From Squalus acanthias (lineage: Eukaryota), in assembly GCA_030390025.1 (NCBI GenBank), contig CM059443.1, forward strand, positions 18,476,001-18,540,000: 64,000 nucleotides of DNA, given 5' to 3'. Positions 29,101 to 44,100 of the stretch are shown here, in pieces. Position numbers and translations under genes: made by a program. The notes beneath the pieces are model-generated. The model was not told where the DNA came from and did no database searches. It saw only the letters and a program-made list of their open reading frames with translations. Numbering within the stretch: the stretch's first letter is position 1; each line of letters starts with the position of its first letter.

Positions 29101-32100
29101 TCATAGTTTGCTGTCTTAGATACACGTTAATGTTGTTTGCTGCTCAGAGAGGTATAGTGGTAATATATATCTTTTCCAGGATGTGTGCTATCAGTAAAAA
29201 AAAAAGTTGCACTATTCAATCTAGGACTCAGTATCTAAGACCAAATAACAGCTGAGCTGATCAATTCCTTCATTGGATACTTTGCCTTGCAGGTGCAACT
29301 CGTGCTTTGAACTCTGCGTTAGAAATGTTTCTGTACGCTGCCCAAACTGTAGCACATGTACCATACAAAGAGCTACACTAAATAATTACTGGATAAGTAC
29401 CATTTACATAGAGGCTGTAGTTGTCCAATGCATATGGCCCCAAGTTAGAAATGGCCTTGGTCTTGTTTTCAAACACATGATACACAAGTACTCTGTCGAG
29501 CTCCTCAACGGTAGAATCATTTTGGAATGAACAGATTGCAGTCACTGTGGTGCTGTTACCATTTACCGCACTGCAGAAAAACAAAAGAAGTTTAATATTA
29601 GCAGCAAGTAATTTGCATCAACATAGTTTGTGAGGTCACTAAGACAAGAATGATTAAGTCGTTGTTGGCCAAATGGTCAGCAAAGAAACCCTCGGTGGGA
29701 TTAATATTTCTCTCCGCGACATTTCTTTGCTGGGAATATTCTTTGGGCATTCTGGATAACTGTGAATTTTACATAAAGTGTAATACTCTAACAATAAGAC
29801 TAAAAATGAAGGAAGTTTTAAATATTTAGTATGAATGGTAATATTTCTTACCTGAATGTATCTACTTTGCACCTTGAGAATGTTGCATTTATGCTGCTGT
29901 TCTTAAACAGGTCATTGAGCTATCGGGAAATAACAGAGTTAGCTTTAGATAGAGAAACAAAAGAAATTATGGTCTAATATACCTCCACAAAACCTACTTG
30001 TACAACTCTCTCACCTCATTTGCAATCATAATTGTCTGGTTAGAGGAGTTTGACTGAATTTCTTGGAATGCTGGACTGTTTACAATGAATGTCACATTAT
30101 AGTCAATAGGTTTTGGTTCCTCGGTTGGAGTCTGTGTTACAGTTACAACTGGTATTGCAGCTGTGGAAAGAGAGGAAAGCATTTTAGTGCACAGAAAGAA
30201 CAAGAATGAGAATATAGTGAAAGAAGTATTTCCCACTTCTGAAAAGCTAGAGAGCTTAACTAGCGCAATGGGGAAATCCCAAAGCAAGTTGATTCCAATA
30301 TTTGATTTTCGTTAAATGGACTCCTGCTCCATGATCTGACCAGGACCATATGTCAATCACTCTTGAAACACTTAATTGATCTGAAGCTATCCAACCAGTT
30401 TTTGGTTCTTTAACAAATGCAAGCTGTTTTCTTCAAGCAAATAAATATGTTACCTCATCTATTTATTATTCAATATCAAGCCCAAATTAACCTGGTTAAC
30501 CTATTTATGAAATATTCAATAAATCATAACGCAATCTTTACCTAAACTGACCTAACCAGAATAAGCTTGCTTAGATTGTCAGTGATGTAATGAATAGGCA
30601 AATGTTTCCTAAGAAATTGAAAAGAAACCATACTCACTGGTTACAAGAGGTGATTCATGGTAATCTGAAAATATAAATGGAGTGTGCTGTCACAGAAAGT
30701 TATCACAAGTCATCATTCTGCTCAAATATACAATAATTGATGTCACCCATTAATTGCAACTAATCTAAACAATGTCAAATCTCTTAGGACAGAGGTATCA
30801 ATGCGAATAGTTCAGAATTTTGGACTGCATATGTTGGAGTGAGTCTGATATGGAAAACACTTCAATTATTTTGTCAGATGCTGATGTCAATTGATAGCTC
30901 CATGCTCGAAGATGAGCAGACAGATAAGTAAATGCAGGAACCTCTTATAGAGGAACCTCTTATATAAAAACAGAAAATACTGGAGATACTCAGCAGGTCT
31001 GGCAGTATCTGTGAAGCGAGAAACAGAGTTAACGTTTCAGGTCGATGACCTTTCGTCAGAACTGGAAAAAAGCAGGAAATGGAACAGATTTTTAAGCAAG
31101 TGTAGGGGCTGGGAAAGGGGGAAGGGGATGAAAGAACAAAAGGGAAGGTCTGTGATAGGATAGAAGGCAGGGGAGGTTAAGAGACATTAAGAGATATTAA
31201 AGGCAAAAGGAGATGGTAATGGGACAGGTTAAGGAACAAAGGATGGCTCTAGATGACGTGTAAATTGCGCTGGCAGAATGAAAGACAGCTGCCATGTGGG
31301 AAAGAAGAAAAGACACAAACAAAAGCTGTGGATAAAAAATATATATGGGATATGGGCCGAGGTTATGATCTGAAATTGTTGAACTCTATTTTGAGTCCAG
31401 AAGGCTGTAAAGTGCCTAATCGAAAGATGAGATGCTGTTCTTCAAGCTTACGCTGAGCTTCAGTGGATTTATGCAAGAGGCTGAGAAAGGTAAGGTCTGA
31501 GTGGGAGTGGAGCGGAGAATTAAAGTGACAGGCGACAGGAAGCTCGGGGTCCCCCTTACGAACTGAACGGAGGTGTTCCACAAAGCAGTCAGGAACCTCT
31601 TACTAGTCTTCCTTCTCATTGCTTGCTTCATGGGTAGAGGGAAACACAGTAACTGGTGAGTCTCTCTTGTGAAAGAAGTTAATCCAAATTCGAAATTTGG
31701 CTAAGCAGCTCAGAATTGTTTTCTTTTGCAACAGATTGTGTAATTGTGTGAAAATGTATTTGTTTTCCTTTTACTTTGCTTCATCATTAACCCGATTCAT
31801 AGTTTGTTGCATTAGATACACGTTAATACATAGAAACATAGAATCTAGGAGCAGGAGTAGGCCATTCGGCCCGTCGAGCCTGCTCCATCATTCAATACGA
31901 TCATGGCTGATCATCCAAATCCAGCACCCTGTCCCTGCTTTAATCCCCACAGTACACATATCTCACCCTACCCCCGTAACCCCACGTATTTAATTCCCCC
32001 TAACATATCCCATCCTATCCCCATAACCCCACATATTTAATCCCCCCTAACACTAAGGGTCAATTTTATCATAGCCAAATCAACCTAACCCACACATTTT

Positions 32101-35100
32101 TGGACTGTGGGAGGAAACCGGAGCACCCGGAGGAACCCCACGCAGACACGGGGAGAATGTGCAAACTCCACACAGACAGTCACCCGAGGTCAGATTCGAA
32201 CCCGAGTCCCTGGCGCTGTGAGGCACCAGTGCTAACCACTATGCCACCGTGTTGCCCGTGTTGTTTGTTGTTTGCTGCTCAAAGAGGTATAGTGGTAATA
32301 TATATCTTTTCCAGGGTGTGTGTTATCAATAAAAGAAAAGTTGCTCTGTTCATTCTAGGACTCAGTGTCCAAGACCAAATAACAGCTGAGCTGATCAATT
32401 GCTTCATTGGATACTTGGCCTTGCAGGTGCAAGTGGCGCTTTAAACTCTGCATTAGAAATGATTCCGTATGCTGCCCATACTGTAGCACATGTACCATAC
32501 AAAGAGCGACACTAAATAATTACTGGATAAGTACCATTTACATAGAGGCTGTAGTTGTCCAATGCATATGGCCCCAAGTTAGAAATGGCCTTGGTCTTGT
32601 TTTCAAACACATGATACACAAGTACTCTGTCGAGCTCCTCAACGGTAGAATCATTTTGGAATGAACAGATTGCAGTCACTGTGGTGCTGTTACCATTTAT
32701 CGCACTGCAGAAAAACAAAAGAAGTTTAATATTAGCTGCAAATAATTTGCCACAACATAGTTTGTGAGGTCACTAAGACAAGAATGATTAAGTCGTTGTT
32801 GGCCAAATGGTCAGCAAAGAAACCCTCGGTGGGATTAATATTTCTCTCCGCGACATTTCTTTGCAGGGAGTATTCTTTGGGCATTCTGGATAACTGTGAA
32901 TTTTACATAAAGTGCAATGCTCTAACAATAAGATACAAAATGAAGGAAGTTTTCAATATTTAGTATGAATGGTAATATTTCTTACCTGAATGTATCTACT
33001 TTGCAACTTGAAAATGTTGCATTTATGCTGCTGTTCTTAAACAGGTCATTGAGCTATAGGGAAAAAAAACAACATTGCTTTAGATACAGAAACAAAGGAA
33101 ATGATGGTCTAATACTCCTCCACAAAACATACTTGTACAACTCTCTCACCTCATTTGCAATCATGATTATCTGGTTAGAGGAGTTTGATTGGATTTCTTG
33201 GAATGCTGGACTGTTTACAATGAATGTCACATTATAGTCAATAGGTTTTGGTTCCTCGGTTGGAGTCTGTGTTACAGTTACAATTGGTATTGCAGCTGTG
33301 GAAAGAGAGGAAAGCATTTTAGTGCACAGAAAGAACAAGAATGAGAATATAGTGAAAGAAGCATTTCCCACTTCTGAAAGGTTAGACAGCTTAACCAGCG
33401 CAATGGGAAAATCCAAAAGCAAATTGATTCCAATATTTGATTTTTGTTAAATGGACTCCTGCTCCATGATCTAACCAGGACCATATGTCAATCACTCTTG
33501 AAACACTTAATTGATCTGAAGCTATCCAACCAGTTTTTGGTTCTTTAACAAATGCAAGCTGTTTTCTTCAAGCAAATAAATATTTTACCTCATCTATTTA
33601 TTATTCAATATCAAGCCCAAAATAACCTGGTGAACCTATTTATGAAATATTCAATAAATCATATCGCAATCTTTACCTAAACTGATCTAACCAGAATAAG
33701 CTTGCTTAGATTGTCAGTGCTGTAATGAATAGGCAATTGTTTCCTAAGAAATTGAAAAGAAACCATACTCACTCGTTACAGGAGGTGATTCATGGTAATC
33801 TGAAAATATAAATGGAGTGTGCTGTCACAGAAAGTTATCACAAGTCATCAATCTGCTCAAATATACAATAATTGATGTCACCCATTAATTGCAACTAATC
33901 TAAACAATGTCAAATCTCCTAGGACAGAAGGTATCAATGTGAATAGTTTGGAATTTTGGACTGCATATGCTGGAGTGAGTCTGATATGGAAGAAACCTCA
34001 ATTATATTGTCAGATGCTGCTGTCAATTAATAGCTCCATGCTCGAAGAAGAGCAGACAGATAAGTAAATAGAGGAACCTCTTACTAGACTTACTTCTCAT
34101 TGCTTGCTTCATGGGTAGAGGCAAACAGAGTAACTGGTGAGTCTCTCTTGTGAAAGAAGTTAATCCAAATTCGAATTTTGGCGAAACAGCTCAGAATTGT
34201 TTTCTTTTGCAACAGATTGTGTAACTGTGTGAAAATATATTTGTTTTCCTTTTACATTGCTTCATCATTAACCTGATTCATAGTTTGTTGCATTAGATAC
34301 ACGTTTTGTTGTTTGCTGCTCAGAGAGGTATAGTGGTAATATATATCTTTTCCAGGGTGTGTTTTGTCAGTAAACAAAAAGTTGTGCTGTTCATTCTAGG
34401 ACTCAGTATCCCAGACCAAATAACAGCTAAGCTGATCAACTGCTTCATTGGATACTTGGCCTTGCAGGTGCAAGTGGTGCTTTGAACTCTGCGATAGAAA
34501 TGTTTCTGTACGCTGCCCAAACTGTAGAACATGTAACATACAAAGAGCTACACTAAATAATTACTGGATAAGTACCATTTACATAGAGGCTGCAGTTGTC
34601 CAATGCATATGGCCCCAAGTTAGAAATGTCCTTGGTCTTGTTTTCAAACACATGATACACAAGTACTCTGTCGAGCTCCTCAACGGTAGAATCATTTTGG
34701 AATGAACAGATTGCAGTCACTGTGGTGCTGTTACCATTGACCGCACTGCAGAAAAACAAAAGAAGTTTAATATTAACAGCAAATAATTTGCATCAACATA
34801 GTTTGTTCGGTCACTAAGACAAGAATGATTAAGTCGTTGTTGGTCAATAGGTCAGCAAAGAAACCCTCGGTGGGATTAATATTTCTCTCCACGACATTTC
34901 TTTGCAGGGAATATTCTTTGGGCATTCTGGATAACTGTGAACTTTACATAAAGTGCAATACTCTAACAATAAGATACAAAATGAAGGAAGTTTTAAATAT
35001 TTAGAATGAATGGTAATATTTCTTACCTGAATGTATCTACTTTGCAACTTGAGAATGTTGCATTTATGCTGCTGTTCTTAAACAGGTCATTGAGCTATAG

Positions 35101-38100
35101 GGAAATAACAAAGTTAGCTTTAGATACAGAAACAAAGGAAATGATGGTCCAGTACATCTCCACAAAACATACTTGTACAACCTCTTACCTCATTTGCAAT
35201 CATGATTGTCTGATTAGAGGAGTTTGATTGAATTCCCTTGAATGCTGGACTGTTTACAATGAATGTCACATTATAGTCAATAGGTTTTGGTTCCTCGGTT
35301 GGAGTCTGTGTTACAGTTACAACTGGTATTGCAGCTGTGGAAAGAGAGGAAAGCATTTTAGTGCACAGAAAGTACAAGAATGAGAAAATAGTGAAAGAAT
35401 TATTTCCCACTTCTGAAAGGTTAGACAGCTTAACCACTGCAATGGGGAAATCCCAAAGCAAGTTGTTTGCAATACTTGATTTTTGTTAAAAGGACTCCTG
35501 CTCCCTGATCTGACCAGCAACATATGTCAATCACTCTTGAAACACTTAATTAATCTGAAGCTATCCAACCAGTTTTTGGTTCTTTGACAAATGCAGGCTG
35601 TTTTCTTCAAGCCGCTAAAGATGTTCAACATAGAAACATAGAAAAATAGGAGCAGAAGTAGGCCATTCGGCCCTTCGAGCATGCTCCGCCATTCAATATG
35701 ATCATGTCTGATTCTCTATCTCAATACCATATTCCCGCTCTCTCCCCATACCCCTTGATGCCTTTTGTGTCGAGAAATCTATCTATCTCCTTCTTATATA
35801 TATTCAGTGACTTGGCCTCCACAGCCTTCTGTGGTAGAGAATTCCAGAGGTTCACCACCCTCTGAGTGAAGAGATTTCTCCTCATCTCAGTCCTAAATAT
35901 CCTAACCCTTATCCTGAGACTGGGACACCTCATTCTAGACCCCCCAGCCAGGAAAAACATCCTCCCTGCATCCAGTCTGTCTAGCCCTGTCAGAATTTTA
36001 TACGTTTCAATGAGATCCCCTTTCATTCTTCCAAACTCTAGTGAATACAGGTCTAGTCGACCCAATCTCTCCTCATACTCTGGTAGATGTAGTGTATTTG
36101 GATTTTCAGAAGGCCTTCGATAAGATCCCACACAAGAGGTTGGTGAACAAAATTAGTGCGCATGGATTTGAGGGTAATATACTAGCATGGATTGAGTTTT
36201 GGTTAACAGACAGAAAACAAAGAGTAGGGATAAATGGGTCTTTTTCAGGATGACAGGCTGTGACTAGTGGGGTACCGCAAGGATCGGTGCTTGGGACCCA
36301 GCTATTCACAATCTATATCAATGATTTGGATGAGGGGACTAAATGTAACAATTCCAAATTTGCTGATGATACAAAGCTAGGTGGCAGTGGCAGTTGTGAA
36401 GAGGCTTCAAGGGGATCTCGACAGGCTCATGAGTGGGCGAGATCATGGCAGATGGAATATAATGTGGATAAATGTGAAGTTATCCACTTTGGTAGGAAAA
36501 ACAGAAAGGCAGAGTATTTCCTAAATGGTGAAAGATTGGGTGTCCTTGTACATGAGTCACTGAAAGTGAATGTGCAGGTGCAACAAGCCATTAGGAAGGC
36601 AAATGGTATGCTGGCCTTCATTACAAGAGGATTTGAGTACAGGAGTAAAGAAGTCTTACTCCAATTATATAGGGCCTTGGTGAGACCACACCTGGAGTAC
36701 TTTATACAATTTTGGTCTCTTTACCTAAGGAAGGATATACTTGCCATAGAGGGAGTGCAACGAAGGTTCACGAGATTGATTCCTGGATGGCGGGACTGTC
36801 GTATGAGAAGAGATTGAGTAAACTAGGCCTGTATTCTCTTGAATTCAGAAGAATGAGAGGGGATCTCATTGAAACATACAAAATTCTTACAGGGCTTGAT
36901 AGGGTGGATGCTGGGAGAATGTTTCCCTTGGCTGGGACATCTAGAACCAGGGGGCCACAGCCTCAGGATAAAGGGTAGGCCATTCAGGACTGAGATGAGA
37001 AGACATTTCTTCACACAGAGGGTGGTGAAGCTTTGGAATTCTCTCCCCCAGAGGGCTGTGGAGGCTCAGTCATTGGGTATATTCAAAACAGAAGTCGATA
37101 GATTTCTGACTAGTAAGGGCGTCAAGAGATATGCCGATAGGCCCGGTGAATGAAGTTGAGGCAGAAGATCAGCCATGATCTCATTGAATGGCGGAGCAGG
37201 CTCGATGGGCTGAATAGCCTACTCCTGCTCCTATTTCTTGTGTTCTTATGGTCATACGACAGTCCTGCCATCCCAGGAATCAGTCTGGTGAACCTTCGCT
37301 GCACTCCCTCTATGGCAAGTATATCCTTTCTTAGGTAAGGAGACCAAAACTGCACACAGTGCTCCAGATGTGGTCTCACCAAGGCCCTGTATAACTGTAG
37401 TAAGACATCGTTGTTCCTGTACTCAAATCCTCTTGTAATGAAGGCCAACATACCATTTGCCTTCCGAACTGCTTGCTGCACCTGCATGTTTGCTTTCAGT
37501 GACTGGTGTACAAGGACACCCAAATCCCTCTGTACATCAATATTTCCCAATCTATCACCTTTTAAATAATACTCTGCCTTTCTGTTTTTCCTACCGAAGT
37601 GGATAACTTCACATTTATCCACGTTGTACTGCATCTGCCATGTATTTGCCAACTCACTCAACTTGTCTAAATCGCCTTGAAGCCTCTTTGCATCCTCTTC
37701 ACAACTCAAAATGTTATCTCATGTATTTATTAATCAATATCAAGCCCAAAATAACCTGGTAAACCTATTAATGAAATATTCAGTAAATCATAACACAATC
37801 TTTACCAAATCTGATCTAACCAGAATAAGCTTGCTTAGATTGTCAGTGATGTAATGAATAGGCAAACGTTTCCTAAGAAACTGAAAAGAAACCATACTCA
37901 CTGGTTACAGGAGGTGATTCATGGTAATCTGAAAATATAAAGAGATTGTGCTGTCACAGAAATTGATCACAAGTCATCATTCTGCTCAAATATACAATAA
38001 TTGATGTGACCTATTAATTGCAAATAATCTGCACAATGTCATATGTCCTGGGACAGAAGGTATCAATGCAAATAGTTTGGCATTTTAGACTGCACATGCG

Positions 38101-41100
38101 GGAGGAGTCGGAAGTGGAAGAAACTTCAATTATCTTGTCAAATGCTGATGTCAATTGATAGCTCCATGCTCGAAGAAGTACAGACCAAAAAGTAAATACA
38201 GAAATCTCTTACTAGTCTTCCTTCTCTTTGCTTGCTTCATGGGTAGAGGCAAACAAAGTGACTGGTGAGTCTCTCTTGTGAAAGAAGTTTATCCAAATTC
38301 GAAATTTGACTAAACAGCTCAGAATTGTTTTATTTTGCAACAGATTGTGTAATTCTGTGAAAATGTATTTGTTTTCCTTTTATTTTGCTTCATCATTAAC
38401 CCGATTCATAGTTTGTTGCCTTAGATACACGTTAATGTTGTTTGCTGCTCAGAGAGGTATAGTGGTAATATATATCTTTTCAAGGGTGTGTGTTATCAGT
38501 AAAAAAAAAAGTTGCGCTGTTCATTCTAGGACTCAGTATCCCAGACCAAATAACAGCTAAGCTGATCAATTGCTTCATTGGATACATGGCCTTGTAGGTG
38601 CAAGTGGTGCTTTGAACTCTGCTTTAGAAATGTTTCTGTACGCAGCCCAAACTGTAGCACATGTAACATACAAAGAGCTACACTAAATAATTACTGGATA
38701 AGTACCATTGACATAGAGGCTGTAGTTGTCCAATGCATATGGTCCCAAGTTAGAAATGTCCTTGGTCTTGTTTTCAAACACATGATACACAAGCACTCTG
38801 TCGAGCTCCTCAACGGTAGAATCATTTTGGAATGAACAGATTGCAGTCACTGTGGTGCTGTTACCATTTACCGCACTGCAGAAAAACAAAAGAAGTTTTA
38901 TATTAGCAGCAAATAATTTGCCACATCGTAGATTGTTAGGTCACTAAGACAAGAATGATTAAGTCATTGTTGGGCAAATGGTCAGCAAAGAAACCCTCGG
39001 TGGGATTAATATTTCTCTCCGCGACATTTCTTTGCTGGGAATATTCTTTGGGCATTCTGGATAATTGTGCATTTTACATAAAGTGCAATACTCTAACAAT
39101 AAGATACAAAATGAGGAAGTTTTCAATATTTAGTATGAATGGTAATATTTCTTACCTGAATGTATCTACTTTGCACCTTGAGAATGTTGCATTTATGCTG
39201 CTGTTCTTAAACAGGTCATTGAGCTATAGGGAAATAACAAAGTTAGCTTTAGATAGAGAAACAAAGGAAATTAAGATCTAATATATCTCCACCAAACATA
39301 TGTGTACAACTCTCTCACCTCATTTGCAATCATACTTGTCTGGATAGAGGATTTGGACTGAATTTCTTGGAATGCTGGACTGTTTATAATGAATGTCACA
39401 TTATAGTCAATAGGTTTTGGTTCCTCGGTCGGAGAGTGTGTTACAGTTACAACTGGTATTGCAGCTGTGGAAAGAGAGGAAACCATTTTAGTGGACAGAA
39501 AGTACAAGAATGAGAATATAGTGAAAGAAGTATTTCCCCTTCTGAAAGGTTAGACTGCTTAACCAGCGCAATGGGGAAATCCCAAGCAAGTTGATTCCAA
39601 TATTTAATTTTTGTTCAATGGACTCCTGCTCCATGATCTGACCAGGAACATATGTCAATCACTCTTGAAACACTTCATTAATCTGAAGCTATCCAACCAG
39701 TTTTTGGTTCTTTGACAAATGCAAGCTGTTTTCTTCAAGCAAATAAATATGTTATCTCATGTATTTATTAATCAATATTAAGCCCCAAATAACCTGGTGA
39801 ACTTATTAATGAAATATTAAGTAAATCACAACACAGACTTTACCAAATCTGATCGAACCAGAATAAGCTTGCTTAGATTGTCAGTGATGTAATGAATATG
39901 CAAACCTTTCCGAAGAAATTGAAAAGAAGCCATACTCACTGGTTACAGGAGGTGATTCATGGTAATCTGAAAATATAAAGAGATTGTGCTGTCACAGAAA
40001 GTTATCACAAGTCATCATTCTGCTCAAATATACAATAATTGATGTCACCCATTAATTGGAACTAATCTAAACAATGTCAAATCTCCTAGGACAGAGGTAT
40101 CAATGCGAATAGTTTGGAATTTTGGACTGCACATGCGGGAGTGAGTCTGATATGGAAAACACTTCAATTATATTGTCAGATGCTGATGTCAATTAATAGC
40201 TCCATGCTCGAAGAAGAGCAGACAGATAAGTAAATACAGGAACCTCTTACTAGTCTTCCTTCTCTTTGCTTGCTTCATGGGTAGAGGCAAACAGAGTGAC
40301 TGGTGAGTCTCTCTTGTGAAAGAAGTTAATCCAAATTCAAAATTTGGCTAAACAGCTCAGAATTGTTTTATTTTGCAACAGATTGTGTAATTGCGTGAAA
40401 ATATATTTGTTTTCCTTTTACTTTGCTTCATCAATAACCCGATTCATAGTTTGTTGCATTAGATACACGTTAATGTTGTTTGCTGCTCAGAGAGGTATAG
40501 TGGTAATATATATCTTTTCCAGGGTGTGTTTTGTCAGTGAAAAAAAAGTTGTGCTGTTCATTCTAGGACTCAGTATCCCAGACCAAATAACAGCTAAGCT
40601 GATCAATTGCTTCATTGGATACTTTGCCTTGCAGGTGCAAGTGGTGCTTTGAACTCTGCGATAGAAATGTTTCTGTACGCTGCCCAAACTGTAGCACATG
40701 TACCATACAAAGATCTACATGAAATAATTACTGGGTAAGTACCATTTACATAGAGGCTGTGGTTGTCCAATGCATATGGCCCCAAGTTCGAAATGTCCTT
40801 GGTCTTGTTTTCAAACACATGATACACAAGTACTCTGTCGAGCTCCTCAACGGTAGAATTAGTTTGGAATGAACAGATTGCAGTCACTGTGGTGCTGTTA
40901 CCATTGACCGCACTGCAGAAAAAACAAACAAGTTTTATATTAGCAGCAAATAATTTGCCACAACGTAGATTGTTAGGTCACTAAGACAAGAATGATTAAG
41001 TCATTGTTGGGCAAATGGTCAGCAAAGAAACCCTCGGTGGGATTAATATTTCTCTCCGTGACATTTCTTTGCTGGGAATATTCTTTGGGCATTCTGGATA

Positions 41101-44100
41101 ATTGTGAATTTTACATAAAGTGAAATACACTAACAATAAGATACAAAATGAGGAAGTTTTCAATATTTATATGAATGGTAATATTTCTTACCTGAATGTA
41201 TCTACTTTGCACCTTGAGAATGTTGCATTTATGCTGCTGTTCTTAAACAGGTCATTGAGCTATAGGGAAATAACACAGTTAGCTTTAGATAGAGAAACAA
41301 AGGAAATTAAGATCTAATATATCTCCACCAAACATATGTGTACAACTCTCTCACCTCATTTGCAATCATACTTGTCTGGATAGAGGATTTGGACTGAATT
41401 TCTTGGAATGCTGGACTGTTTACAATGAATGTCACATTATAGTCAATAGGTTTTGGTTCCTCGGTCGGAGAGTGTGTTACAGTTACAACTGGTATTGCAG
41501 CTGTGGAAAGAGAGGAAAGCATTTTAGTGGACAGAAAGTACAAGAATGAGAATATAGTGAAAGAAGTATTTCCCACTTCTGAAAGGTTAGACTGCTTAAC
41601 CAGCGCAATGGGGAAATCGCAAGGCAAGTTGATTCTGATATTTGAATTTTGGTAAAAGGCTCCCTGATCTGACCAGCAACATATGTCAATCACTCTTGAA
41701 ACACTTAATTAATCTGAAGCTATCCAACCAGTTTTTGGTTCTTTGACAAATGCAAGCTGTTTTCTTCAAGCAAATAAATATGTTATCTCATGTATTTATT
41801 TTCAATATTTAGCCCAAATAACCTGGTGAACCTATGAATGAAATATTCAGTAAATCATAACACAAGTCTTTACCAAATCTGATCTAACCAGAATAAGCTT
41901 GCTTAGATTGTCAGTAATGTAATGAATATGCAAACCTTTCCAGACAAATTGAAAAGAAACCATACTCACTGGTTACAGGAGGTGATTCATGGTAATCTGA
42001 AAATATAAAGAGATTGTGCTGTCACAGAAAGTTATCACAAGTCATCATTCTGCTCAAATATACAATAATTGATGTCACCCATAAATTGGAACTAATCTGA
42101 CCAATGTCAAATCTCCAAGGACAGAAGATATCAATGCGAATAGTATGGAATTTTGGACTGCATATGCGGGAGTGAGTCTGATATGGAAAACACTTCAATT
42201 ATATTGTCAGATGCTGCTGTCAATTAATAGCTCCATGCTCGAAGAAGAGCAGACAGATAAGTAAATACAGGAACCTCTTACTAGTCTTCCTTCTCATTGC
42301 TTGCTTCATGGGTAGAGGCAAACAGAGTGACTGGTGAGTCTCTCTCCTGAAAGAAGTTAATCCAACTTCAAAATTTGGTTAAACAGCTCAGAATTGTTTT
42401 CTTTTGCAACAGATTGTGTAATTGTGTGAAAATATATTTGTTTTCCTTTTACTTTGCTTCATCATTAACCCGATTCATAACTTGTTGCATTAGATGCACG
42501 TTAATGTTGTTTGCTGCTCAGAGAGGTATAGTGGTAATATATATCTTTTCCAGGGTGTGTTTTATCTAAAAAAAAAGTTGTGCTGTTCATTCTAGGACTC
42601 AGTATCCCAGACCAAATAACAGCTGAGCTGATCAATTGCTTCATTGGATACTTTGCCTTGCAGGTGCCACTCGTGCTTTGAACTCTGCAATAGAAATGTT
42701 TCTGTACGCTGCCCAAACTGTAGCACATCTACAATACAAAGCGCTACACTAAATAATTACTGGATAAGTACCATTTACATAGAGGCTGTAGTTGTCCAAT
42801 GCATATGGCCCCAAGTTAGAAATGTCCTTGGTCTTGTTTTCAAACACATGAAACACAAGTACTCTGTCGACCTCCTCAACGGTAGAATCATTTTGGAATG
42901 AACAGATTGCAGTCACTGTGGTGCTGTTACCATTTACCGCACTGCAGAAAAACAAAACAAGTTTAATATTAGCAGCAAATAATTTGCCACAACATAGTTT
43001 GTTAGGTCAATAAGACAAGAATGATTAAGTCGTTGTTGGTCAAATGGTCAGCAAAGAAACCCTCGGTGGGATTAATATTTCTCTCTGCGACATTTCTTTG
43101 CTGGGAATATTCTTTGGGCATTCTGGATAACTGTGAATTTTACATAAAGTGCAATACTCTAACAATAAGATACAAAATGAAGGAAGTTTTCAAAATTTAG
43201 TATAAATGGTAATAGTTCTTACCTGAATGTATCTACTTTGCAACTTGAGAATGTTGCATTTATGCTGCTGTTCTTAAATAGGTCATTGAGCTATAGGGAA
43301 ATAACAAAGTTTGCTTTCGATACAGAAACAAAGGAAATGATGGTCCAATACATCTGCACAAAACATACTTGTACAACCTCTTACGTACAACCTCTTACCT
43401 CATTTGCAATCATGATTGTCTGGTTAGAGGAGTTTGATTGAATTCCTTTGAATGCTGGACTGTTTACAATGAATGTCACATTATAGTCAATAGGTTTTGG
43501 TTCCTCGGTTGGAGTCTGTGTTACAGTTACAACTGGTATTGCAGCTGTGGAAAGAGAGGAAAGCATTTTAATGCACAGAAAGGACAAGAATGAGAAAATA
43601 GTGAAAGAAGTATTTCCCACTTCTGAAAGGTTAGACAGCTTAGCCAGCGCAATGGGGAAATCCCAAAGCAAGTTGATTCCAATATTTGATTTTTGTTAAA
43701 AGGACTCCTGCTCCATGATCTGACCAGCAACATATGTCAATCACTCTTGAAACACTTAATTAATCTGAAGCTATCCAACCAGTTTTTGGTTCTTTGACAA
43801 ATGCAGGCTGTTTTCTTCAAGCAACTAAAGATGTTAATCATAGAAACAGAGAAAAACAGGAGCAGAATTAGGCCATTCGGCCCTTCGAGCCTGCTCCGCT
43901 ATTCAATATGATCATGTCTTATTCTGTATCTCAATACCATATTCCCGCTCTCTCCCCATACCCCTTGATGCCTTTTGTGTCGAGAAATCTATCTATCTCC
44001 TTCTTATATATATTCAGTGACTTGGCCTCCACAGCCTTCTGTGGTAGAGAATTCCAGAGGTTCACCACCCTCTGAGTGAAGAGATTTCTCCTCATCTCAG

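Larger units (their letters stand above)
15240..37990. repeat. Higher-order tandem duplication, two copies of ~11.35 kb (4 SEA cassettes each); boundaries approximate
   Basis: The same Penelope-like fragment (19619/30963), SINE (20483/31828), nested CR1 (24281/35627) and Y-to-C variant (23246/34592) recur at offsets of 11344-11346. Confidence 0.93.
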
